Source: Sphingorhabdus sp. (GTDB taxonomy: Bacteria; Pseudomonadota; Alphaproteobacteria; Sphingomonadales; Sphingomonadaceae). From it: a stretch of DNA of 64,000 bases. The notes under the pieces are model-generated. The model was not told where the DNA came from. It saw nothing but the letters and a program-made list of their open reading frames with translations, and ran no database searches. The stretch spans positions 31,591 to 95,590 of the forward strand of contig NZ_JBKJMB010000087.1 of NCBI RefSeq assembly GCF_046596595.1, read 5' to 3'. Positions 52,404 through 62,200 of this stretch are shown piece after piece; position 1 is the first letter of the stretch, and each line of letters starts with the position of its first letter. Both the position numbers and the translations under genes were made by a program.

Positions 52404-52533
52404 CGGGCGCGCCTAGCAGAGTGGTGGCTGGCTGTCAGTCAAAGAATTGGCATCTAAATGGGGCGCTGCATAAGCGAGGAGTAGAGAACCTAGAACCGAC
52501 AAACCACGCGTTGCCCGGGAATTATCACAAATC

Positions 52534-52628
52534 GTCGCCCCAGCGCAGGCTGGGGCCCATGACGTCCATATGGCGAGCGAAGTTCTAACCGGCCAAGCGT
52601 GATAGGCTCCAGCCTGCGCTGGAGCAAC
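52534..52628. repeat. CGTC-type REP-like inverted pair
   Basis: gtcgccccagcgcaggctggggccca and taggctccagcctgcgctggagcaac. Confidence 0.72.
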
Positions 52629-52645
52629 GGGGGATAGGAACTCGA

Positions 52646-53860
52646 CTATGTCACCGCATACCGCACAGCAAATTCTGGCGCACGAAAACTACCGCTGGCG
52701 ACTATCTCGCGCAGCATTTCGCCGGCACGCCAGATATCGGCGTGGCTGAGCATCAGCGGAGTCAGGCCAAAGCGCATGATGTCGGGGTCGCGGAAGTCGC
52801 CGATGACGCCGCGCGCGATGAGCGCTTGCACGATTTCATATGCCTGCGGGTGGCGGAAACTGATATGGCTACCCCGCTCATGCGGGTTTGAAGGCGTGAC
52901 GCACTCAAGCCCAGCCGCCGTGCCAGACGCATGGAAAATGTTCCACAGGGCCGCCGACTTGGCCTCCACAGCGCGAATGTCGATATCCGCCCACAGCTTC
53001 AGCCCGCTTTCCAGCGCGACGAGGCTCAACACGCATGGCGTTCCCGTCAGCCACCTTTTCATACCCGGTGCCGCTTCATAGCTATCGGCAAATTCAAAAG
53101 GCGCGGCATGGCCCATCCAGCCCGACAGCGGATTGTGTAATTGCTCCTGCCAACGCTTCGCCACGAAGAGGAACGCGGGCGCACCCGGCCCGCCATTCAG
53201 ATATTTATAGCCGCAACCCACCGCCAAGTCCGCCACCGCCGCGTTCAGCTCAACCGCGACTGCGCCAGCACTATGGCTCAGGTCCCAGCAAACCATAGCT
53301 CCCGCATCATGCGCAGCCTTGGTCCACGCCACCATGTCGAAGCGCGCTGCGGTCTTGTAATGCACGTGAGTCAGCAGCAGCAACGCGGTGTCATCACCCA
53401 GCGCCTCCGCCAGCGCACCGCGTTCCACCACCCGCAACTCCGCCCCGGCCACAGCCTGCACCGCCCCCTCCGCAATTTGCAGGTCGGTCGGGAAATTCCC
53501 CGCCTCGCTCACAACAACTTTACGCGAAGGATCAAGCCGGAGCGCCGCGACGATCAGCTTGTACAAATTGACCGACGTCGAGTCCGCCGAGATAACTTCA
53601 TCTGCCGCTGCGCCGATCAGCGGCGCAATCATCGCACCGACACGCTGCGGCGCATCGATCCAGCCTTCGTTCCAGCCACGGATCAACCGCTGGCCCCACG
53701 CCGTTTTGACCGCCTCCGCGCTTGCCGCTACAGTCGCCAGCGGCAATTGCCCCAGCGAGTTGCCATCGAGATAGATCACGCCGTCCGGGCACAGGAACTG
53801 CGCGCGATAGGACGCCAGTGGATCCGCCGCATCCAATGCCTGCGCCTGGTCCAACGTCAT
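52646..53860 (-). CDS. kynU: Kynureninase
   Basis: IYLDGNSLG, FPTDL, WDLSHSAG, GCGYKYLNGGPG, GWMGHA and DFRDPD. Confidence 0.93.
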   Translation of the reverse strand: MTLDQAQALDAADPLASYRAQFLCPDGVIYLDGNSLGQLPLATVAASAEAVKTAWGQRLIRGWNEGWIDAPQRVGAMIAPLIGAAADEVISADSTSVNLYKLIVAALRLDPSRKVVVSEAGNFPTDLQIAEGAVQAVAGAELRVVERGALAEALGDDTALLLLTHVHYKTAARFDMVAWTKAAHDAGAMVCWDLSHSAGAVAVELNAAVADLAVGCGYKYLNGGPGAPAFLFVAKRWQEQLHNPLSGWMGHAAPFEFADSYEAAPGMKRWLTGTPCVLSLVALESGLKLWADIDIRAVEAKSAALWNIFHASGTAAGLECVTPSNPHERGSHISFRHPQAYEIVQALIARGVIGDFRDPDIMRFGLTPLMLSHADIWRAGEMLREIVASGSFRAPEFAVRYAVT

Positions 53861-54768
53861 GGTTTCGCCGCCTTCAGGCCAAACGCCTTCAATATTTCCG
53901 CGCGCTGCTTGCCCCAGGACACGGTCTCGGGCGCGATGAGCTCGGCATGGCCCTCATGCGGCGTTGTCACCATCCTCGCGCCATAAGCCGCGCCAAAGGA
54001 CGGCGGCGCAATGCTGTCGAGGTCATTGTTGAACTGCAACTCGCGCGCGCGCCCCTTGGGCATTTCGGGCGGAGAGGTACGGCTGAACTCACCCTTGGCC
54101 ATGGCAGTCGCGCTTTCATTGCCGCATCCATGGTCGGGCAAGGTCATTTGCGCACGCAAATCGGGCAAGCCACCCTGCGATATCGCAAGGTCCACCCGCA
54201 ACGGCTTGGCCCCGCGCAACGCATCGCCCTTTGCCAATGCCGACCGCCGCGCAAGCCACAAGGAAAGATGCCCGCCCGCCGAATGCCCGATCGTCACCAC
54301 TGGCGCATCAGTTCGAAAGCCATATTCCGCGCGCTTTGTCGCAAACAGATCCGCCGCCGCGCCCACGTCCAGATAGGTCCCGGGATAGCCACCGCCTCGG
54401 TCCACGCCGCGATATTCGATATTCCACACGCCAACGCCATGGGCGCGCAGGTCGTCGGCAATCCAGTTCATGATATCGCGCTCGGCAATCGCGGTCTGCC
54501 AGCATCCGCCGTGGATCATCACGACCGCAGGATGCGGACCCCGCCCGAATTTGGCCGCGTTAGGTTGCCAGACGTCCACCACCTGCAAGGCATCGGGGCC
54601 ATAGCTGATCGTCACATCAGGCGCTGGCTTTGGCCGCGAGAGCAGGTCTTCCCACACCATGAGTGGCTTTGGCGCCAGTGATGTCATCGTCCCCGTCTCC
54701 ATCGCTGGTGCGCAACCACCTGCACTGGCCAAAACCAAAAGCAAAAACCCGAATCGCGCTCTGGCCAA
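53857..54768 (-). CDS. Alpha/beta hydrolase (HGG / GHSAG esterase family), possible lipoprotein
   Basis: IHGGCW, WNIEYRG and GHSAGGHL; possible lipobox AGGC; 4-bp overlap with kynU. Confidence 0.8.
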   Translation of the reverse strand: MARARFGFLLLVLASAGGCAPAMETGTMTSLAPKPLMVWEDLLSRPKPAPDVTISYGPDALQVVDVWQPNAAKFGRGPHPAVVMIHGGCWQTAIAERDIMNWIADDLRAHGVGVWNIEYRGVDRGGGYPGTYLDVGAAADLFATKRAEYGFRTDAPVVTIGHSAGGHLSLWLARRSALAKGDALRGAKPLRVDLAISQGGLPDLRAQMTLPDHGCGNESATAMAKGEFSRTSPPEMPKGRARELQFNNDLDSIAPPSFGAAYGARMVTTPHEGHAELIAPETVSWGKQRAEILKAFGLKAAKP

Positions 54769-54772
54769 ATAC

Positions 54773-56590
54773 TTACTCCTCCCCCATCCGCAACGCAGCG
54801 ATAAACGCCTCCTGCGGGATGCTCACATTCCCGTACTCCCGCATCCGCGCCTTGCCCTTTTTCTGCTTTTCCAGCAGCTTTTTCTTGCGGCTGATGTCAC
54901 CGCCATAGCATTTCGCGGTCACGTCCTTGCGCATCGCGGCGATGGTTTCGCGGGCGATGACCTTGCCGCCGATCGCGGCCTGGATGGGGATCTTGAACAG
55001 ATGGCGCGGGATGAGGTCCTTGAGCCGCTCGCACATGCCGCGGCCGCGTGATTCCGCGGTGCCGCGGTGGACGATCATGCTCAGCGCATCGACCGCGTCG
55101 CCATTGACCATGATGCTCATCTTCACAAGGTCGCCTTCGCGATGGCCGATCTGGTGATAGTCGAACGACGCATAGCCGCGGCTGATGCTCTTTAGCCGGT
55201 CGTAAAAGTCGAACACCACTTCGTTGAGCGGCAGTTCGTAGACCAATTGCGCGCGGCCGCCGACATACGTCAGCTGCTTCTGAATGCCACGCCGGTCCTG
55301 GCACAGCTTTAGGATCGAGCCCAGATATTCATCAGGGCAGTAAATCGTCGCCTCGATCCATGGCTCCTGAATCTCGTCGATGCGGTTGACGTCGGGCATG
55401 TCGGCCGGGTTGTGCAGCTCCATCTCGCGTGCGTCGTCGGTCTTCGACCGGCTGAGCTTGAGCTTGTAGACCACCGACGGCGCGGTGGTGATGAGGTCAA
55501 GGTCGAACTCGCGCGTCAGCCGCTCCTGAATGATCTCGAGGTGCAACAGCCCAAGGAAACCGCAGCGAAAGCCAAAGCCCAAGGCGGCGCTGCTTTCGGT
55601 TTCGAAGCTGAACGATGCATCGTTAAGGCGCAGCTTGCTGATGCTTTCGCGCAGCTTCTCGAAGTCGGCGGCGTCGGTCGGGAACAGGCCGCAGAACACG
55701 ACGGGCTGCACTTCCTTGAAGCCGGGCAAGGCCTCCGCGGCGGGGCGCTTGGCATCGGTGATGGTGTCGCCGACGCGGGTTTGCGCGACTTCCTTGATCT
55801 GCGCGGTGATGATGCCAACCTCGCCCGCGGCGATCTCGCCCAGAATCTCAAGCTTTGGCCGCATGCATCCGACGCGGTCGACCAGATGCTTTGTGCCAGC
55901 GGCCATGAACTGGATTTCCTGGCCTTTCTTGATCACGCCGTCGATCACGCGGATCAGGATGACGACGCCGAGATAGGGGTCGTACCATGAGTCGACGAGC
56001 ATCGCCTTCAGCGGCGCGGTGCGGTCGCCCTTTGGCGGGGGGATGCGGGTGACGACCGCCTCAAGCACTTCGTCAATGCCGATGCCGGACTTGGCGCTGG
56101 TGAGCACCGCGTTGTCGGCAGGCAGGCCAATGATTTCCTCGATCTCGGCCTTGACCTTGTCCACCTCGGCCGCGGGCAGATCGATCTTGTTGATGACGGG
56201 GACGATTTCATGGTCATGCTCGATCGACTGGTAGACGTTGGCGAGCGTCTGCGCCTCAACGCCTTGTGCGGCGTCGACGACGAGCAACGCGCCTTCGCAT
56301 GCGGCGAGGCTTCGGCTGACTTCATAGGCAAAGTCGACATGGCCCGGCGTGTCCATAAGGTTCAGCTGATACACAAGGCCGTCTTTTGCGGTGTAATCGA
56401 GCCGCACGGTCTGCGCCTTGATGGTGATGCCGCGCTCTTTCTCGATGTCCATATTGTCGAGCACCTGGCTCGTCATCTCGCGCGCGGTCAGCCCGCCGGT
56501 TTGCTGGATCAGCCGGTCGGCCAGCGTCGACTTCCCGTGGTCGATGTGCGCGATAATGGAAAAATTACGGATGAGGGAGAGTTCAGTCAT
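54773..56590 (-). CDS. lepA: Elongation factor 4 (LepA)
   Basis: [29 protein letters not shown] and [21 protein letters not shown]. Confidence 0.98.
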   Translation of the reverse strand: MTELSLIRNFSIIAHIDHGKSTLADRLIQQTGGLTAREMTSQVLDNMDIEKERGITIKAQTVRLDYTAKDGLVYQLNLMDTPGHVDFAYEVSRSLAACEGALLVVDAAQGVEAQTLANVYQSIEHDHEIVPVINKIDLPAAEVDKVKAEIEEIIGLPADNAVLTSAKSGIGIDEVLEAVVTRIPPPKGDRTAPLKAMLVDSWYDPYLGVVILIRVIDGVIKKGQEIQFMAAGTKHLVDRVGCMRPKLEILGEIAAGEVGIITAQIKEVAQTRVGDTITDAKRPAAEALPGFKEVQPVVFCGLFPTDAADFEKLRESISKLRLNDASFSFETESSAALGFGFRCGFLGLLHLEIIQERLTREFDLDLITTAPSVVYKLKLSRSKTDDAREMELHNPADMPDVNRIDEIQEPWIEATIYCPDEYLGSILKLCQDRRGIQKQLTYVGGRAQLVYELPLNEVVFDFYDRLKSISRGYASFDYHQIGHREGDLVKMSIMVNGDAVDALSMIVHRGTAESRGRGMCERLKDLIPRHLFKIPIQAAIGGKVIARETIAAMRKDVTAKCYGGDISRKKKLLEKQKKGKARMREYGNVSIPQEAFIAALRMGEE

Positions 56591-56687
56591 CCCGCGCCCC
56601 TAGCAGGGCCGCCCCGCGCCATCAAGCATGGCGGAACGCCTGTAGGCGCAGGCCGCCAAATGGGGCGCGGAACGCCTGTAGGATGAA

Positions 56688-56712
56688 GGAACGCGTCGCG
56701 GCCCTGCGCGTT
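56688..56712 (+). promoter_or_regulatory. EcfG/sigmaT-type promoter for DUF2945 gene
   Basis: GGAAC(56688-92)-N16-CGTT(56709-12), a perfect consensus, 27 nt before the ATG. Confidence 0.72.
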
Positions 56713-56739
56713 GGCTTATGCTGGTACAGGAGACACGAC

Positions 56740-56970
56740 ATGGCGGACAAGACACCAACGACACGCGAGCCCAAAGCAGGCGACAAGGTAAGCTGGAAAT
56801 CCCATAGCGGCACCGCGCACGGCAAGGTAGTAAAGAAACAGACCAGCCCGACGCAAATCAAAGGCCACAAGGTCGCCGCGTCCAAGGACGAACCGCAATT
56901 TATCGTGGAGACCGATGAGGGGAAAAAGGCAGCGCATAAGGCGGAGGCCCTCACAAAGGACTCGCGCTGA
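56740..56970 (+). CDS. DUF2945/HVA1-like small Tudor-type protein
   Basis: KAGDKVSWKSHSGTAHGKV...ASKDEPQFIVETD.GK.AAHK; RBS aggag. Confidence 0.8.
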   Translation: MADKTPTTREPKAGDKVSWKSHSGTAHGKVVKKQTSPTQIKGHKVAASKDEPQFIVETDEGKKAAHKAEALTKDSR

Positions 56971-57036
56971 AGAAGGTATAAAAGGCGAGGAAGGGGTAAA
57001 AGGCGAGGAAGGGTAAGGTGGCCAAGATATCCCAAC

Positions 57037-57116
57037 GTCATCCTGAACTCGTTTCAGGATCTTACATCCGTCCTCCCGCGTGAAAAATTAAGATCCTGAA
57101 ACAAGTTCAGGATGAC
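57037..57116. repeat. CGTC-type REP-like inverted pair
   Basis: gtcatcctgaactcgtttcaggatct (57037-62) and agatcctgaaacaagttcaggatgac (57091-116). Confidence 0.78.
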
Positions 57117-57132
57117 GGGTTAAAGGTTAGCT

Positions 57133-57352
57133 ACTTTCTCCCCTCCCGCAAGCGGTGGGCATACTTCATTTCTCCCCTCCCGCAGGCCGGAGAGTTTACT
57201 GACTTTCTCCCCTCCCGCTTGCGGGAGGGGCTGGGGGAGGGCCTCAAACACCAAGACCACAAAGCTCGCCTCCGGCTCGCCCCTCCCCTAACCCCTCCCG
57301 CAAGCGGGAGAGGGTCAATTACTTTCTCCCCTCCACGCGCATGCGGGAGGGG
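57133..57352. repeat. Stacked CCCCTCCC/GGGAGGGG palindromic elements
   Basis: TTTCTCCCCTCC at 57135, 57169, 57204 and 57323; one complete element at ~57204-57314. Confidence 0.75.
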
Positions 57353-57547
57353 AACGAAAGCTGACTTCTCGTTCCGTAACCATTCGTGTCGAGTTTAGTC
57401 GAGGCACCCCTCGGTCGTGCGACACGTGGCAGAATTTGAACAGCCCTACATGCGAAGTGATCGAAAAAGTTGCCTCCAGAACTGGGCTTAAAAAGTAGCC
57501 GAGGGCGCGTCCCTACTATAGAAATGCAGCTTTAGAGCAGTCATTAA

Positions 57548-58453
57548 TCAGTGCTTAAAACAATGTTGCCGATGCCACTCCAAGAACCTCGGATGAGGTC
57601 GCAACGATTGATGGTGTGGCAGGTCCGCCTTTCGGCTTGGATTGACTAAACTCCAAACACGATCTGAATCGTTTATCTGCCGCGAAACGAGGATATCAAG
57701 ATCATCCGATAAGCTGACCAGCCCTCGGTCGAACATCCAGTGAACCGTTCCCGAAAGCGCTATGCCGTTTGCAATAATGTCGGGACCGTTTGCTTCCACG
57801 GGTTTTATATGGGCAGCTTCGACTTCGGCACGTCCACCACCGTTAATGAGCTTAAACCCGGTAATGGCGCATCTGCAGTCATACGCATCGAGCACAACTT
57901 TGCGGAATACCCGATCGCGGATAAGACGGTTGCTGACCGAACTTGTTCGTTCCCGCTCTTGGTCAAATAAGAACGGCGAGGGTGTTTCACCAAAATGGCT
58001 TTTAATAGCCTCTGGATGAGGTGTATCTACCCTTGGCAGCACATCGTCCACATCCGGAATTCCGCGTTCCAATATCCGGTTAAAGTCCTCTAACGTAATC
58101 GGCCGGACTGCTGCCTGCGCCCTACCTGAAATTTTGCCAGCTTCATTGAGGAGACCGCGCTCCACTAAGCCATCTTGGTCATTGAACGGTACGGCGTATT
58201 CCATTGGCAAATAAGAACCTGGCTCAATAAGTGCGAGATACATACCTGTAATTGTCGGATCAGGCACGATTTCCTCCACCCGCGCAATGGCAAAATAACC
58301 CTTTTTTCCGGCCTTAACGGGCTCATAATATACGACCCAGTCCCCAATAAATTGGCTTGCTCTAGACAGATATTGGCTTGGGAATTGATACCGCTCTTCG
58401 GGACGATCATCGTAAATAGAGTCAGCGCGGTGTAAAAATACGCCTTTTGCCAA
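57548..58453 (-). CDS. HNH endonuclease with N-terminal PUA/EVE-like domain
   Basis: C-terminal DRVFRKVVLDAYDCRCAITG..AAHIKP..NGIALSGTVHWMFDRG (HNH_2 type); N-terminal GDWVVYYEP..GYFAIARV beta-barrel pattern; TTG start. Confidence 0.82.
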   Translation of the reverse strand: MAKGVFLHRADSIYDDRPEERYQFPSQYLSRASQFIGDWVVYYEPVKAGKKGYFAIARVEEIVPDPTITGMYLALIEPGSYLPMEYAVPFNDQDGLVERGLLNEAGKISGRAQAAVRPITLEDFNRILERGIPDVDDVLPRVDTPHPEAIKSHFGETPSPFLFDQERERTSSVSNRLIRDRVFRKVVLDAYDCRCAITGFKLINGGGRAEVEAAHIKPVEANGPDIIANGIALSGTVHWMFDRGLVSLSDDLDILVSRQINDSDRVWSLVNPSRKADLPHHQSLRPHPRFLEWHRQHCFKH

Positions 58454-58751
58454 TGTCTACATCCTCCCCGTGGCTGCGCAGAGTCTGCGCGGGGTTGAGA
58501 CGTATCGTTGGCGGGAGTAAACGGCAACAGTTCTATGGCGTCCGACCTGCGATATCACGAATTTGATTAAGGATCGTAATGCCGAGGGTGACTAACAAGT
58601 AATATCCTGAAATAGTCATCTTCAGGATGCCAACCCCAACAAAGCGCTTGAAATGTAGGATTTCTTCCGTCACCATCGTTGCCGACATCGCCAAACGCCC
58701 CTCTGGCTGATCGGGGCATGCTCAACAGCCCCTGCACGCGCCGCAGCTCAA

Positions 58752-59020
58752 TTTAGGTGAGACCTTAGTGTGACTTTTCGCTGATGGCCTGCGCCACGCT
58801 GGAATGCTTCGCTTTGACCGCAATGACGGGAATGCCAACAGTCTAGCCCGCTCCTACCCTGTCCAGCGCATCGTCATTGCGAGGCGCAGAGCGCCGTGGC
58901 AATCCAGGGTTGTTCTACCCAATGCTAGATTGCTTCGCTTTGCTCGCAATGACAGTGGACAGCGTTTGACCCGCATGCGTTCCAAGGCGGTTTAGGTGAG
59001 ACTTTAGTGTGACCTTTCGC
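58752..59020 (+). repeat. 30-bp direct repeat pair enclosing REP-like elements
   Basis: tttaggtgagaccttagtgtgacttttcgc (58752-81) versus tttaggtgagactttagtgtgacctttcgc (58991-59020), 28/30 identical; gtcattgcgagg.../...cgcaatgac arms lie between them. Confidence 0.8.
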
Positions 59021-59055
59021 GGCTTGTTTAAGTCCATTTCGGTGCCGCACACGGC

Positions 59056-59084
59056 TTGACGCTGGGGAAAGCGCGGCCTATATG
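59056..59084 (+). promoter_or_regulatory. Sigma70-type promoter for rpoB
   Basis: TTGACG(59056-61)-N17-TATATG(59079-84), ~210 nt upstream of the rpoB ATG. Confidence 0.65.
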
Positions 59085-59293
59085 GGTGGCAACATCCACA
59101 CCATCGGGAACAGCCTTGTCGTCGCGCAACTTGGCTAACGCATTGATGGACATGGGTTTCACATACGCGAAACGGCTGCACGGCAGGACCCGAATCTTGG
59201 GGTCATTGTCTTGCGGCCTTTTCTTGTCTTGTGGACCCCAGCAAGTGGAAAGTCTTCCTGCGCCTGACATTTCTAACTGAGGCAACGCACCTT

Positions 59294-62200
59294 ATGGCAT
59301 CACGTCCCGCTCCAGCGACACTCTCGCGTCAAAAGCGTATCCGCAAAATCTTCGGTAACATCCATGAAGTTATCGAAATGCCCAACCTGATCGAAGTCCA
59401 GCGCGAGAGCTATGAACAGTTCCTGCGTTCCGACCCGTCGATCGGTTATGTATCGGGTCTTGAAAAGACGCTGCGCAGCGTCTTTCCGGTCAAGGATTTT
59501 GCCGGCACTTCGGAACTCGACTTCGTTCATTACGAACTCGAAGATCCCAAATATGACGTTGAAGAATGCCGTCAGCGCGGGATAACCTATGCGGCGCAGA
59601 TGAAGGTCACGTTGCGCCTGATCGTGTTCGAGGTTGACCCCGACACCGAAGCGCGTTCGGTCCTCGATATCAAGGAGCAGGACGTGTATATGGGCGACAT
59701 GCCGCTCATGACGCATAACGGCACCTTCTTCATCAACGGTACAGAGCGCGTTATCGTATCGCAGATGCACCGTTCGCCGGGCGTCCTGTTCGACCATGAC
59801 CGCGGCAAGACGCACAGCAGCGGCAAATATCTGTTTGCAGCGCGCGTCATTCCGTACCGTGGTTCGTGGCTCGACTTTGAATTCGATGCCAAGGATATCG
59901 TCAACGTCCGTATCGACCGTAAGCGCAAGCTTCCCGTCACGACGCTGCTCTATTCGCTTGGTCTGAACGACGAAGAAATCCTGGGTCACTTCTATGACCG
60001 CGTAACATTTGCACGTGGCAAGGGTGGATGGAAGATTCCGTTCAACTCCGAGCAATGGCGTGCTTCGAAGCCGATGTTCGACATTGTCGATGCCAAGACC
60101 GGCGAAGTTGTGTTCCCTGCCGGAACCAAGGTTACGCCGCGTGCTGCCAACAAGGCAGTGAAGGACGGCTTGACCGACCTGCTGATCCCGACCGAGGAAA
60201 TCTTTGGCCGTTATTCGGCATTTGACCTCATCGACGAGAAAACTGGCCGCATCTATGTCGAGGCAGGTGACGAGATCACTGCCGAAAACCTCGACGCTTT
60301 GGACAAAGCCGGGATCGACAGCATCGAGCTGCTCGACATCGACCATGTCATCACTGGCGCGTGGATGCGTAACACGTTAAAGGCTGACAAGGCCGAGAAC
60401 CGCGACATGGGCCTTGATGCGATCTACCGCGTCATGCGTCCCGGCGAGCCGCCAACGCGCGAAACCGCAGAGGCTTTGTTTGCTGGCCTGTTCTTTGATG
60501 CAGACCGCTATGACCTGAGCGCGGTTGGCCGCGTCAAGTTGAACATGCGTCTGAACCTTGACGTTGAGGACACGCTGACCACCTTGCGCACCGAAGATAT
60601 CCTCGCGGTGGTCAAGGAGCTTGTGAACCTCAAGGACGGTAAGGGCGAAATCGACGACATCGATAACCTCGGCAACCGCCGCGTCCGTTCGGTCGGCGAA
60701 TTGCTTGAAAACCAGTATCGCGTTGGCTTGCTGCGTATGGAGCGCGCGGTGAAGGAGCGGATGAGCTCGGTCGATGTGTCGACCGTGATGCCAAACGACC
60801 TGATCAACGCCAAGCCAGCAGTTGCGGCTGTCCGCGAGTTCTTTGGTTCGTCGCAATTGTCGCAGTTCATGGATCAGACCAACCCGCTTTCAGAAGTCAC
60901 CCACAAGCGCCGCGTTTCGGCACTTGGACCAGGTGGTCTGACGCGTGAGCGTGCAGGCTTCGAAGTCCGCGACGTTCACCCGACGCATTATGGCCGCATC
61001 TGCCCGATCGAAACGCCGGAAGGCCCGAACATTGGTCTGATCAACTCGCTCGCCAGCTTTAGCCGCGTGAACAAATATGGCTTTATCGAAACGCCATATC
61101 GCAAGATCATCGACGGCAAGGTTACCGACGAAGTGGTCTATCTGTCCGCAATGGAAGAGCAAAAGAACACGATCGCGCAGGCGAACGCCGAATTGAATGC
61201 CGATGGCAGCTTTGCCGAAGACCTGATTTCGTCGCGTGAAGCGGGTGAATTCCTGATGGCACCGCGTGACCAGATCACGTTGATGGACGTGTCGCCAAAG
61301 CAGCTGGTTTCGGTGGCTGCGTCGCTGATCCCGTTCCTGGAAAACGATGACGCCAACCGCGCGCTCATGGGTTCGAACATGCAACGTCAGGCTGTACCTC
61401 TGCTGCGTGCAGAAGCTCCGTTTGTCGGCACTGGCATGGAAGAAACCGTTGCCCGCGATTCCGGCGCTGCCATTGGCGCACGCCGCACGGGCATTGTCGA
61501 CCAAGTCGATGCAACCCGTATCGTTGTGCGCGTCACCGGCGAAGTCGAGCCCGGCAAGTCTGGCGTCGACATCTACACGTTGCAAAAGTTCCAGCGGTCG
61601 AACCAGAACACATGCATCAACCAGAAGCCATTGGTGAAGGTCGGTGACGTGATTGAGGCTGGCGACATCATTGCTGATGGTCCATCGACTGAACTGGGCG
61701 AACTCGCATTGGGCAAGAACAGCCTCGTCGCGTTTATGCCCTGGAACGGTTACAACTACGAAGATTCGATCCTGATCTCCGAGCGCATCGTGAAAGACGA
61801 CGTGTTCACTTCAGTCCATATCGAAGAATTCGAAGTGATGGCCCGCGATACCAAGCTTGGACCAGAAGACATCACGCGCGATATTCCGAACGTTGGTGAA
61901 GAGGCTCTGCGTAGCCTTGATGAAGCCGGCATCGTATATATTGGTGCTGAAGTGCATCCAGGTGACATTCTGGTCGGCAAAATTACGCCGAAGGGCGAAA
62001 GCCCGATGACCCCGGAAGAAAAGCTTCTGCGTGCCATCTTCGGTGAAAAGGCAAGCGACGTGCGTGACACTTCGCTGCGTCTGTCACCCGGTGTTGCAGG
62101 GACAGTCGTTGAAGTGCGCGTATTCAACCGCCACGGCATCGACAAAGACGAACGTGCCATGGCGATTGAACGTGAAGAAATCGAACGTCTGGCGAAGGAT

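Noticed and set aside
57133-57352. Regularly spaced repeats as a CRISPR array
   Set aside because: The units are truncated ends of a dispersed palindromic element also found at 63464. The spacers are short and irregular, and there are no cas genes.
32015-60346. Long antisense ORFs (e.g. 32015..32629, 34702..35553, 41102..41977, 43508..44413, 47621..48520, 53141..53986, 59300..60346)
   Set aside because: They are shadows of well-supported genes on the opposite strand in GC-rich DNA and have no motifs of their own.
60820-61060. Rifampicin-resistance substitutions in rpoB
   Set aside because: Cluster I and II residues ([27 protein letters not shown]; PEGPNIGLI) match the susceptible consensus.
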